NCBI GenBank assembly: GCA_001642005.1
Contig: LWCA01000017.1
Location: 1-64,000 of the forward strand
DNA length: 64,000 nt
Reading direction: 5' to 3'
From: Intoshia linei
Lineage: Eukaryota; Animalia; Orthonectida
Shown: piece after piece, positions 48,688-62,500 of the stretch
How the letters are laid out: every line of letters begins with the position of its first letter
Numbering within the stretch: position 1 is the stretch's first letter
Translations under genes and position numbers: made by a program
Notes under the pieces: generated by a model
What the model saw: only the letters and a program-made list of their open reading frames with translations
Database searches by the model: none
What the model was told of the DNA's origin: nothing

Positions 48688-51600
48688 TTAATTTTTACAA
48701 ATTCGTTTTTCATCGTATTTAACATCTTTGTCTTGATCTTGATTTGGTGGCTTAATATCTGTAACGTCTGTAACATGCAATTGCTGAATTTTTAAAATCT
48801 ACAAAAATAATTCGATGGTTATCATTAAAATTATGGCAAAATATTTTAAGATATTAGTGTACCGAAAATATTCATGAATCATGATACATTCATTTATTAA
48901 CATTGATGTAAATGCATTTCACTTAAAAGCTGACGAAATCATGTGTTTATCTACACTGTAGTTGCAAAAGAAGTATTTGAACAGAAGGATTGATTAATTA
49001 GATTTTATTTATCTTTGATAAATTAATTTTTCCAATCGAGATATGTAAAAGTAAATTTTTAGAAGGTTAAAAAAACCACTTATCTAAAAAGCAAATCTAG
49101 GTGGGGTGCAAGGGTGGACAAATGTTCCCTAAAATATTTGAAGTTGTTGTATTACCATTGTGAAAAACGAAAAAAAATTTCTAGGACCCCTCGCTTACGT
49201 TTTATGTACACGGTTCATCATAACATAATAATTTATCAATGAGTAGACCAAATAAAATAAATTTTTAATTACGGGTTAAATATATATTTATCTTTATTTG
49301 TATACATTTAATACTTTGTGGTTCCTCCTTTAGCGTTGATTAGGGATTTAATGCTGTGAGGCATTGAATTTATAAGACTTTTCGATAGTTCTTTAATTGT
49401 AGATGAATTGCTCCAGACAAAATTGATGCGATTAATCAATTTAGATTTTGTTCTTATTTGCATTCTATAGATATATAGATTCTATACATAATCTGGTGAA
49501 CCTCATCTTTCAATTTCCACCACAAAATTTATATAGGATTCATGTCTGGCGAATTTTCAGGCCAATCCAGGACAGAAATACCCTTATTCTCAAAATAGCA
49601 AGTGATGATTTAGCTTTGTGGCAAGAAGCTGAATCTTGCTGTAATACCAACCCTCCATTTGTATTCCATTCAGTTATTTCATTTAAAAATACTTGTAAAA
49701 CATTCTTGTAAACTTTTTGTCCATTTTACCTGTCACAATCTGTATTTTGCTAATACCCATAACATATAACCACCAAATCATAAATTTACATGGAAATTTT
49801 ACCGTTTTTTTGATACAATCTGGTCTAAATTCTTCATTTGACCGTCTCCGTACATTTAATGATCTGTAAGCCAGCACAGTTATCATAGATTCGTCAGAAA
49901 ATATGACCTATAAATCAATAAATTAACTTGAATTTTATTAATTAAAATATGATTCAAAATTAGTGAATATTTATATATTTTTTTGAATATAAATGAATTA
50001 CCTTGCTCCAATCATGTTCAGTCCAACTTTCATACTTTTTTACCCATTCGAACCTGGATTGTTTCATCTTTATATATAGAAGGGTTTTTTAATTTTAGTT
50101 ATATCATTTATACCCCGATGCCAACAGTCGACGGTTAACCGTAATTCTTGATAAATAACTATTTCGTTGTTTAAGTTTTGTAACAACTTTAGAATAACTC
50201 GAATTTCGCTTTTAAATTGCTGTTTTGACAATTATTCTGTTAATTCTTTCGGTTGTGGACTTTTTCCTACCAGATCTTTTTCGATTTGAACCAAAAATTT
50301 GCGTATCATTTGTAAATTTTCAATTTATAAATGAAACAGTCGATTGAGACACACAAAATAAATCAGTAATAATTTCTTTATAAATTTCTATTGTATAAAT
50401 TTCGTTAATACGCTATTTTTTACATATATTATTTAAATGGTGATTTAATCATCATTTTTCAATTATAAATATGTTCAATTTTTTTATTTGATGTAGTATA
50501 ATTCAACAGTTGTTTGTATCTTAAAATTAATATTGTGGTGTAGTTAATAAAAATATATAGCCATGAAATGAATATATAAAAAATTATTATAATAATATAA
50601 TCATTGATCAACCCTGTATCGACCCAATAATGATCATTAATCTAGGTATTATTTTTTATGCTAGTAATATCAGTTAAATAACGTTGTACATTTTCGAAAG
50701 AGAACTTGCCGAAAATGTCGATTTTGATGCAGTTGAACAACTCAACAGTATTTGAATGTTCAACATTGAAAAATTTGAAAGACGTTCGAAATAGCGCTCA
50801 TCATAATAGCAACGTTAAAAATAGCAAGTATTGCAAAAAGCATCATAACAGCGACTATTACAATTAGTATCATAATAGCGACGATTAAAAAAAGCTTCAT
50901 AACAGTGACTATTACACTAACCATCATAATAGCAAAGATTTTATAAAATCATTTTTTTGATCCAAAATATGATTAGGGTTTAAGGGTTTATTTTTGGTAC
51001 TAGAATGTAATGAGGATCTTTACAGTTCATTTTTTAAACCAAAATATGATTAGGGTTTTTAAAAGGTTTATTTTTTGTACTATAATGTAAAGAGGGTATT
51101 AAAGGTTTATTTTTTGAACCAAAATATGATTAGGTTTTTAAAGTGTTTATTTTTTGTACCAAAATATAATGAGGGTCTTTAAGGTTTATTTAAAGGATAA
51201 AGTTTATCTATAAGGATACATGTATGTACAAAATAATGCATAATAACTATTATCCATTTATTCAAAATCAATACTTTTATCAATTACATATTAACGTAAA
51301 ATTAGTGTCATTAATTGCATTTCTTATGTTGTATATCGTACACCTTTTTACAGATATTTTACAACAAAAAAAAATTTCATTTAATAATATTTAATTGATC
51401 GTATTATAACGTAGCTTTGTAACAACAAATAGAAATGTTAAAATGATATCCTAAACATAATATGGTTAAAAAATAAATTTTAAAAACCCTAATCATATTT
51501 TGGTACAAAAAATAAACCTTCAAAACCTTCATCATATTTTGGTATAAAAAATAAACCTTCAAAACCATCATTACATTTTGGTTCAAAAAAATCATGTTAT

Positions 51601-53851
51601 AAGATTTTATAAAATCTTCGATATTATAATGCTTTTTCTAATAGTCGCTATTTGATAGTTGCCGTTATGATGCCTTTTGCAATAGTCGCTGTCATTAACG
51701 TTCACTGTATAATTTTTGTAGAATGAAAATTAAAAAAAAAAAATATAAATTATTATTGTTGGTAGCAATATATTAATAAATAAGAATTTGAATTTAAAGA
51801 AATTATATGCGTTTGGGCGTTTAATAATTATTTTTACCCCTGGCTGAAAATTCTAGATTCGCCACTGATAAGGTAACATTGAGTAAAAACTCATTCAATT
51901 AAAAACAACAACAAATGTGACACATAAAAAATTGCGACATGACTAATACAGGAGTTATTCAGGTAATTACAAATTTCTAATAATCTACATCTTTTTTCGA
52001 TTCAAATTAAATTACCATTTCAATATCAATTATATTTCAATATTCAATTTAAATTTTAGCTTTTTAAATCGATCTTATAATAAAATAACAAATAAATCAA
52101 TTTTGATAATATTAAAATTACATATTATTAAAATATTTTTACCAAACTGTCAAAAGAGAATTTTCAAGTTACTTTTTTATCAAACCATATTTAAATAATT
52201 AACATGTAAATAAAATTGACGAGAACAATATGCTTTAAAATTTACGTTAGAATAAATTTAGTACAGTGAAATTTACAATAATAAATTAAATACCTCTCGA
52301 TTGATAGTGTCAAATTTTTCTTGAATTTCAGACATTTCATAATGTATCATGTGATTTTTCGTGTTTGGTGTAACCGATATACCAAAAATAGATATAGAAT
52401 AATCTGACATAATGGTAATCAAGATTATTACAATAAAAAATGAAAATATAGCCGAAATAGGTAAAATTGTAAGTGGAATATCGTGAAAAATGCTGATAAA
52501 AAATTTTCTAAAGGCAACTCCAATATGTTCCAAAGGTTCAATGATTAATTTGGTAATAGTTGCAACAAGGACCTATATATTAAAATGTACAACAATATAA
52601 GTGTATAAAAACTATATATTTTCAATTTTATATGTTAGTAAATCAGGGGTCAGCAACCTTTTTCATTTAGTGGGCATCTTTTTTATATAAAATAATTATA
52701 TGGGCCGTTTTTGAAGATTTCAATTTTAACTAAAGAGAAACGGTTCTAGTATATTCAACAAAATAAAATCCGAGACGATCTGAAAATTCAGTATTAAAAT
52801 AATGATAATGAGCCAATTATATTAGAAAATGTTTAAAACGGTGTTTCAAAGTTAAAAAATAAATAATTTACATAATTACTTAAAAGGCCACCAAAATTAT
52901 TCTGTGGGTCACTAATTGCCGACCCCTGTAGTAAATAAATGGTTGATCTAGGCTAAAATGGACCAGTTAATTAAACGTGATTGACAGGCCATTGGAAATT
53001 GAATTGACCTTTTAAATATTGAATTACCTTATTAGGCGAAATTTCCCATATAGGTTCGACTAAGATAGCTTTATTATACTCCAAACAAGCATCTTCAGAT
53101 AAAATAAAATAAGAAGAAACAATTTTGAGAAAATTTTGTTGACCACAATTAAAATTGTTTTTATTTTTTGAAATTTGAGTAAGTTTTTTTGCTTTTTCAG
53201 TTTGATAAAGAAGAAATGCATTCCATGGTAAACTTAGTAAAAATACATATGGAGTCGATTTTAAAATGCATTGATACAAGCTAATATTCACTTTCAGAAA
53301 AAATTGTATAATGTATAAAATTAGGGCAATACACAGAATTGTACAAAAAATATATCGAGAATTTTCTATACAAAAGTTTACTGCTTGGTTTAAAGAAGAA
53401 TAATCATCATCGAAATAGTTGAAATTTTTATATTCTTGATCCTGATCAGTTTGTTCAATATGAATAATCATTTTTATTAAAAAATCGTGGACTCTCTTCA
53501 TGTATTTACTTTCCACTTTTATTTCTTTTGTGGTGGCATATTTTCGGAGAACATTCAAGTCTTTCTCGGTTATATAAACATGAAGCCGAAAATTGGAATC
53601 TTTTGACTTGTATTTTTCTACCAAATGGATCATACGCCGCAAATATACTTTAAAATGCCTATTTGCCCTGTTCAAATGTAATTCTTTGTCGATGAGTTCG
53701 TTTGTATCAACAATATCAATATTTTCCCCATTTATCGGATTTAAATTTATCTATAAATTATATATATAGATTATTACTGTTTTAAACTTTTTACTGTTTC
53801 AGATTTATTATTGCACACCATTAATAGGCTCAAAACTAAAATTAACAACAT
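48688..53851 (-). CDS. CLCC1: Chloride channel CLIC-like protein 1 (MCLC family)
   Basis: Signal-peptide-like start MLLILVLSLLMVC at 53851. FLLSLPWNAFLLYQ and EDACLEYNKAILVEPIWEISPNK|VLVATITKLIIEPLEHIGVAFRKFFISIFHDIP match CLCC1 ([31 protein letters not shown]). Core exons span 52294-53851; the in-phase exon 48688-48798 is tentative. Confidence 0.85.
49209..50616 (-). mobile_element. Decayed full-length Tc1-like element with an intron in the transposase gene
   Basis: TA|cagggttgatcaat (right end, reverse complement) and TA|cacggttcatcat (left end). Translation ITVNRRL..RFEWVKKYESWTEHDWSK|VIFSDES..KFMIW..QQDSASCH..DWPENSPDMNPI*ILW..INAKGGTTKY*, with multiple frameshifts. Confidence 0.85.
50800..51710. 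mobile_element. Foldback-like element: long inverted arms built from tandem subrepeats
   Basis: The left arm (~50812-51190) has ~29-bp catcataa(c/t)agcgactatt units followed by ~39-bp ccaaaatatgattagggt..aaggtttattttt units. The right arm (~51466-51703) carries the same two arrays in reverse complement, around a ~275-bp AT-rich spacer. Confidence 0.7.
52644..52928. mobile_element. hAT/Buster MITE in a CLCC1 intron
   Basis: TIR caggggtcagcaa / ttgccgacccctg; perfect TSD tagTAaat (52636-52643, 52929-52936). Confidence 0.92.
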
Positions 53852-54462
53852 GAAATTAACAAAAAAAGGAAACTATCTTTATTGTTTGAGTCTCGACACT
53901 TTTATGTATTTCAATTTCAGATTCAGAATATGAAAAACATTTTGTAATCAACAATTTAAAATTTTGGTTAACTCTAGGACCATTTATAGTTTAGCAGTTA
54001 AATTAAAAATTTAAACTAAACTTTAGCCCCTAAAATTGAAATACATTGAATGTATTACATTCTATTGATTTTATTAGTAACCAAGGTAAATATATTTATT
54101 TTGAATTTTAGGTTAAAAGTTTACGTATTTTCTCGTTTTTAATCTTTGCACATTATCAAATAGCAATTTTTTTTTTATCATAATTTAAAATGCTCTAATT
54201 TTCATTTATTTCAAAGTGCGCCCTGAAGTAAAAAAGGTTAAGAAACACTGGCATTTAGTATAATCAGTCCTTCCCAAAAGAGTCCACTGTAAAATTAATT
54301 TACATGTTAATATTATTATGGAGAAAAAATCACTTAATACCGCCCAAACGAAAAAATTCACTTTTATTAACAGTTTGTTAGAATCTACTTTTTTAATTTT
54401 ACTAAACCTAAGGAGTCTGTTCATAATATCTATTGTTTTTAATTATTAGACTATGCTATCTA

Positions 54463-55744
54463 TTAGGTTGCCCATAAAGTTATGTCGCTTTTATTTTCAC
54501 AATGTTTTTTAATCATTATATGATCAAAAACATTTAAACTAATTTGAAATTAACAATGCTTTTGGATAAAATGTTTAATGATGCATCAGATGGAAGTATA
54601 AATTATTTATATACACAAATATTTATTATGAATTTAGACAAAAAACTTTGTGATTTTGAAGAACATATTCGCCATATTCAATTATATGAGTATAATAATT
54701 CTCATTCTGCTGTTAAAGCAACTCAAAATATATGTAGTGTGTATGGTCAAGATGTCATACAACGAAGAAAAACACAAAGATGGTTAACCAAGTTCATTAA
54801 AAAAAATTATATGCTTAAGGGATGCCCAACGTTCCGGTAGACCTCTCTTGGGTGATATTGATTCAATAAAAGAAGCATTGAACATCTCTCCTATTCAAAC
54901 ATGTAGATCGCTTACTAATGTTGCTGGTTGTTCAAAATCAAGTGTGTTTAATATGTTAAAAAGAATGAAAAAGGTCAATAGGTTTGGTATATGGGTTCCT
55001 CACTTATTGTCAAATCAGCAGAGATTAAATAGAGTTAATTTATGTTCCTCTTTATTATTTCGACTGAAGAGTGAAGCATTTCTGGAATATGTGATAACTG
55101 GAGATGAAAAGTGGATTCAATGTGACAATACAAGACTTAAAAAACAATGGTTATCATCCGGCCAACAACCAGTGTGTACTCCAAAACCATACATGGAAAA
55201 AAGGTAATGTTGTGTATATGGTGGGATATGAAGGGCGTATTGTTTTATGAATATCTTAAAAACAATGAAACGATTAATTCTGATAAATATTGTGAACAAT
55301 TAGAAAAATTGAACCAAGATATCCAAATAAAAAGGCCTAAAATGTTCAATAGGTGTAAAATAATATTGCATCATGACAATGCTAAACCACATACTTTTAA
55401 AAAGACTCGTAATTTTTTAAGGGACTTAAATTATGAAGTATTAGCGCACCCACCATATTCACCAGATATTGCACCTTCAGACTACCATCTTTTCAGATCC
55501 ATGAGCAACCATTACCAAGACAAAAAATACAGTTCAATTCAGGATTAAAATTGGACATAGATGACTTTTTGCTTTGTAAAGATACCAATTTTCATTCAAG
55601 TGGAATATATAAACTACCACAACGCTGGGAAAGAATTGTGGAATCTAACGGAGATTATTTTATCAGTTAAATTAATTTATAAACACTTAAAATAAACGTT
55701 TTAGTTTTAGTCTATAAAATGAAATTATTTATTGGACAACCTAA
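54463..55744 (+). mobile_element. mariner (DD34D) element, full length, frameshifted
   Basis: TA|ttaggttgcccataaa ... tattggacaacctaa|TA, 1282 bp. EEHIRH, WVPHLL, ITGDEKW, KKVMLCIWWD, HHDNAKPH and HPPYSPDIAPSDY are spread over three frames. Confidence 0.95.
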
Positions 55745-56557
55745 TATTATAGTCTAGCTATATTTCCCTGTAACGTCAATTTATTCAAATTTTACTTAAT
55801 TTTTCCAGTATTGTGTTATATAATATTAAATAATTTATGTTATTTATATTGTGAGTTAATATCTCATTATTTACTTTAATATAATTCTCCAAATCACCTA
55901 AATTTGCCTTGTAAATATTTGTCATGTCATTAATCTGAAACTCTTATTAATACCTATCTTGATTACCTGGATAAATTAACTATATATTGGTGTTTACATT
56001 AATTATATCAATAGATGCATAATTTGACTTGGCGTTTACTTAATAAACAATCTGAATATACACATCATAATGTAATTTATAAATTATCGATTAAATACAG
56101 TTAAATAATTAATTAATATTCTAAACACGACATCACTGTTATAGCAAATTATCAAAATAATATTTATATGCTTAAAATTATAAAAAATCGATATAATGTT
56201 CCTTTTACATATTCTAACATTCACGTTTGATAATTAGTAAATATAGAAAATTAAAACTATTATCACGATTTATGATATTTTGTTCAGGTAAATGACACTT
56301 TATGGTAACTAAAAGTATAGATACCAAAGTACAAAATGTATTGCTAAATATAAAAATATTTTCAGTTTAAAGTTTTCATGTTAATTTATTTTGTCTCTAA
56401 TAAATTGGTTCACGTCTTTGTAGCTTATGATTAACTATAAATAAAATATATTTGTGTTCTATTTATTTCGTTATATTCTATTAGTTGCAAATTAAAGTAT
56501 ATCAATGTAAAATGATAACTTTAAAATTGATTTAAATGGTTTCACAATAATTAAATA

Positions 56558-59500
56558 ATGCTCAATTACGCTATTTTTTTCATTTTACTTCAATCTATAT
56601 ATTGTGAAAAGCATTATGTTGTTCATACCAAATCGGAGAATGTGAATATTTCTCAAATTGAAGAAATATTGGGAATGAAACATGTTCATGCCGTAATTTT
56701 TATATTGATTTTATTTTTTATTTTAATCGTCCAAAATACTGAGTAATTGATTGATTAATTTAAATATTCAAATATCACGTTTAACTTCGCCTCAGAATCC
56801 GTCGGAATCCCTTTGTATCTAAAAAATTAAAATGTAATTTGTAGATAACTTTTTGAATTTTGAGATTTCTTCTTTTTTTTGTTGAAAACACTAATGTACC
56901 AATGTACAATACTAATAAAAATGTAATTAAATTTCAAAACCAACAACCTAAGTATTTATTATAGTCAAATGTAACAATAGTACACTTATAATTATTTTTT
57001 GTGTAATGCATTGTACATTGTAACATTAATGATTAAATTAATAACATTGAGATATATTATATACAAAATATTTTTTAAATAATTTTTTAATTTTAATTTT
57101 ATTTAGATGCACAATCAACATATGCACCTTTTTGTTAGATTAAATGATGCTGATCCAGATATTTCAAAAAGATCAAAAATTGATAACGATTTGGTAAATA
57201 TAATATGTTAATATACAATATTTAACGTTTCACCCTTTTTTATGAATTTAAAGTAAAATGTATTTTAAAAATGTATAATGTAAATCTCCGTCTCATCGTT
57301 GTCCGATCGGTGTAAGGATACTTTACATAAGAACTGTAATGATTACATTGGTTGTATTCGGTTGAATTGACGTGAGCATATTTTTTTATTTTTCATTTGG
57401 TACAAACTAATACTGATAAGCTGGATAATTTTATGAATTAGATTGATAAAATAGAAGAACAAGAAGTTTTGAAAAGATTTGGTAGACACACCATGAATAC
57501 AATCAATTTCGATATGAATCCTAACAAAAATAAAGAAATGACTACATTTGATAATATAAATGAAAAAGATTCTAAAATACGAAATAAATTATATTATAAT
57601 CCATTCGAAGAAGAAATTAAGCGTGTTAAATTTGATACTAGAATGGAAGAGTGTACAAAATTCGATTTGGGTGATATTTTCAATGACCCACTCTATAAAT
57701 ATCAGTGGCAAATGGTAATATATAATGGAATACTATTTTATTTGTCAGTATGTAATTATCGAAACTCTCTGTATTTTAATAAAAAATTGTCGGTATAAAT
57801 CAGTAGTTTTCCACCTTTTTGTGTGCGCGACCCCCTCATAAACATAAAAAATAATCGCGACCCAAAAATTTTCTATATACTCCAAACATCTTATCAATTC
57901 ACATAAATGAAAATATTAAAAAAGCATATTCAGTTTTATTTATATTTTATACTGTGTTTAAATTCTCACGACCCCCTGATAAATTTCGCGACCCCCGGTT
58001 GAAAACACGGGTATAAATCATATATAATATCATATACAAATAGTCAACTGGCACCTAAAATACTGAAAATTTATTATATCAACCGACAATTTAATATTTT
58101 TACTGACGAACTATTTAAAATACTGACACTTTACGGATTAAAATACTGACGCTATAAATACAAGCCTATATAATGTATTGTACTACATATTATAATATAT
58201 TAAAGTTAAAATTATTAGCATAAAGCCAATAATTATTAAAGTATTGATGACTTATCGGAAAAGTGACAAAGAAACGTTTACATCAGTGTTTTTTGGCCTT
58301 TTTGACTTCAGAGCGCACCTGTAAAATACATAATTATTTGGGCCACATTAAATTTTGATAAGAAAAAACACATTGATATTCGAAAATGTGCAAAAATTAA
58401 GAATGATAAAAATATAAAATTATAATAAAAAAATAGTTTTATTTAGATGTTAGAGCAGGGGTGCACAACGTGCGGCCGTGGGCAATACATCTGATCATAA
58501 TGCAATATATCATTTTACTTCAAATTGAAAAGTTAAAATTAGATTTTATTCACTATTTAAAATATTTTAATCAAAAAGTTACATTCTTGACTTTGTCCCA
58601 GTTTTTCAAATTTTTTTTAAATCAGGTATTTTCTTATAAAATCAATCAGAAGAATTATTGATCTAAAAACTTTGTAAAATAAAATTTTTCATAAAAATAT
58701 TGGTAAAAGCAATTTTTTTCTTTAAGGGTTAGTAAAATTTGGTTGTTTTTATTGGAATCAGATTAAGTAGTTTTATTCTAAAACTTAGGTAGAAATAAAT
58801 TTTAGTTTTAATTTACATTAGTTGTTATGTTTTAAACAAAATGTTATGAAAATAAGAATTAGAGATTGAAAAATTGCGTAGTAATGAAAAAAATATCGAA
58901 CGAATGAATTATATAAATTTTCACCCATATTTCTTTATTGGAAATGTGTAGACGTTCAATGGACATTCTTTTTAAAATTGTAGGATCAATATTTACATTT
59001 TCAATTGTTATTTTAATCGAAATATTTCAAAAATATTGGTTGATAATATATTAAAAATTATTTTTTCACTGGGAATACGTACATTTTTGGAGTTGAAATT
59101 TTGTATTTATATCAAATGGAAATAGTTCTATCAGAATAATCTTTTTTTTAATTTTCTGACCGTTAATTATTTCACATTTTTTGTTTTAATAAAGTATTTC
59201 GGAAAAAAAATATATAAATACTAAAATGCTTTTTTGACCGTAAAGGCGTCACTTAGAGATTGAAATTCAACGTGTGTGTTAACAGGATACAACTAACCAC
59301 CTGTAAATTTGTTTAAATTCTAGGGCTGTTTTCATTAAAAAGAAATTAAAAAATAAAGGGTAATTTGTGGTTTTGGCCCTGAAGATATAATTTTTTTAAA
59401 TTTAAATTTATGATAATATTTATGATTGTAAAATCCGTATCAGAGTATATATTGTTTTCAATTCTCGAACTTGTTATTTCCAAAAAAAGGGAAACTTGGG

Positions 59501-62500
59501 CTTTTTGAGCCGTAACATGTGAGTTTGGGAGGTTGAAATTTATTTTGCTAACACACCCGGAAAAAACTGTAATTGAAATGAGACTTTATAAAATTCTAAG
59601 ACTGGTAGTTATTGAAATAAACGGTAACACACGTAAACGGTAAATTGAACTAAATAATTGGAACTCGAATAATTTTTAAAAAATGGGTTTTAATCATGAT
59701 TGTCCTAATTTTATAGTTTAAAATTTATATTTGCCGGAAAAATTGACCAATACTGAAATTTTGATTTTGTTTTTGAAATTTCTGGGATTATCTATTTTTG
59801 GAATAAATGGTTACAGTATAATAATTATTGATATTATTGTCATTATTATTTACTATAATTGTAATTATAATTTATAACCGTTACGCACACAGACAAAGAC
59901 ACATTTTTAGCAAGTTTTACTAAAAGATGTGTCTGTAAAATTATAAATTTAAATTTATTTAATTCACAAGCAATTGGTGATGTATACAAAATATTAAATA
60001 ATATAAGTAATAATAATATTAATAATTTAGCATCAAGATTATAACAACATTGTAAATGTTTGGAAACAAGATATTTCTGGAAGAGGTGTTAATGTGACGA
60101 TTTTAGACGACGGAATTTTTCATGATAATCCAGATTTGAAAACTAATTATGTAAAAATAATAATTTTATTTACTTATTTTAATAGCATCAAGACATAAGT
60201 TACGATTTGAATGATGTGAATGACAAATATCATGATCCCACTCCAAGAGACGATGGAAATAATGAGTAATATCTGATAATTGTTTATTGATGAACCCTTG
60301 TAATTTTGATGATATTGCCTAGATTTTTATTTTTGTAAGAAAATTTGTATTTTTCGATATTCTTTTTTTAATAATTATTATATAATCCATTATAATGAAC
60401 GTGTCTATTGTTGTTTATTTACTTGGCACTGGGTACCGAATTATTTGTATAAATATTTAAAATGTTTTATTTTCATTTTAATTAATAATGTAATATAATT
60501 AGACACGGAACTAAGTGTGCAGGAGTTGTTGCGGGTGAAGCCAACAATGGTCATTGTGGCGTAGGAGTAGCATTCAATTCCAATATTGGAGGTTTTTTTA
60601 AATGATAAAATATTTTGTATAGATTGAGTTTTAATATACATTGTATTATTAATTTATCATAATTTATACATTTGTACTAATCTGTATCATTATTCAAACT
60701 CACAAAGCAGCGAACAGGAAAATACCAAAATTTTCATTGAAAAAAATATAGTAAGTAACTGCTTTCGATAAGTAACAAAATATTTTGGTAGCTGTAACAG
60801 AATAATCTTTATTTTTAATTCTAGGACCCTTAACTACAAATTTATTTTACATTTTTTGTTTATACAATAGTTTCAAATAAAAAAATGAATGTTAAAGTTG
60901 TTAACCGTAAAAGCGTTACTTCATCAAATTAAATTTTTTTGTGTGTTAACTGGATATAACTGTATCAGCTGCAATTTTTTTTAAAATTCTGGGACTATTT
61001 TTATTATTTAAGAATAGGGTAATCTGGGGTTTAAATCGTTAAAATTACTTTTTTGAGTTTGCCATTTATTATAATTCTTGTTTTTAAAAAATATCCCAGA
61101 ATTTATGTTTTATAAAATTTTAGAACATGTTCCATTTTAAAAAAACGTGTAATTTGGGGTTTTTACCATGAAATTAAATTTAAAAAAGGGCAAATTCTGG
61201 TTTTGACCTTGATTCTGAAAATGAAGTATAAATATAAACATTACCCGTGAAAAACTAAATTAGAAATTGGATTGGTTTTAATTCTACAATTGTTATTTCT
61301 TTAAATAAACAGTAACACACACAGACATTTAATTTTACATAAGTAATGAATTAGAAAAATGTTTTTGAGAGGACTTGTCCACAGGTCAAGTTAATACATG
61401 TAGAATCTACATATAATCTACAATATAAATTAAAATACTTAAAATATTTAAAATTTAGGAGTGAGAGTTTTGGATGGAGTTATAACCGATCCAATCGAAT
61501 CGCTTTGCTTTACGATAAACGTTGATAAAATTGATATTTATAGTGCCTCATGGGGTAAATGTGATATTGACATTTGAAACCTATTAATTAGGCCCAAAGG
61601 ACGATGGTATGACAATGGATAAGCCGCGCTATCATTCAACTGAAGCTATGAAAAATGGAATTAAAAATGTTTAGAGATTTTTTCTTTTTTATATTTATAT
61701 AGGGTAGAAATGGATTGGGATCTATATATGTTTGGGCTACTGGTAATGGAGGAGAAATGGATAATTGTAATTGTGATGGTATGAGAGAAAATATTAAATG
61801 TACATAAATATAATAGGATACGTATCATCTATATACACGCTATCGTTTAGCAGCGTATCTAAAAATGGAGAAGCAATGTATTATGCTGAAAAATGTCCAT
61901 CTACACTGGCTTCAGTCTTTATTGGTTGGAATTCTGGTGAAGAAAAGGATGAAAAATCTGGTTGTCATGTGGTATGATTATTGATTAATTTAATGATTCA
62001 TTAATACTATTATATTGTAAAAAACGAAATATATTTACGCCAAAGTTTTCCAGATCAAGCTAGATAATATTATATGAAAGAATTAATTTTAATTAACTTA
62101 AAATTTCGTATGGGCCCGTTTCATGGACCGGCTGACTTTTCCATGAAATTGTGTACACTGTACATTTTATTTAAAGTAAACGTTAATTTATAGATTTCTA
62201 CCAGTGTTCATTCAGAATGTACTACAGAATTCCAAGGCACTTCCAGTGCCGCGCCAATGGCTGCAGGCTGTATTGCCTTACTATTGGAAGCAAAGTAAGC
62301 AATAAATATTATTTTTAAACATTAAAAACATTTTTAAATAGTCCCAAATTGAGTTGGAGAGACGTAATTCATGTTGTCACATTATCTGCAAGAATAACGG
62401 ACAGTGAAGATGATGGATGGGTCTTAAATGGAGGTGGGTATCATTACAATGAAAAATATGGTTTTGGTGTCATGGATTGTGCTAGAATGGTATGGTATGG

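Noticed and set aside
54206-54424. 72-aa minus-strand ORF as the first exon of CLCC1 or a separate gene
   Set aside because: No in-phase splice path to CLCC1 was found, CLCC1 already has a signal-peptide start at 53851, and no motif is recognisable.
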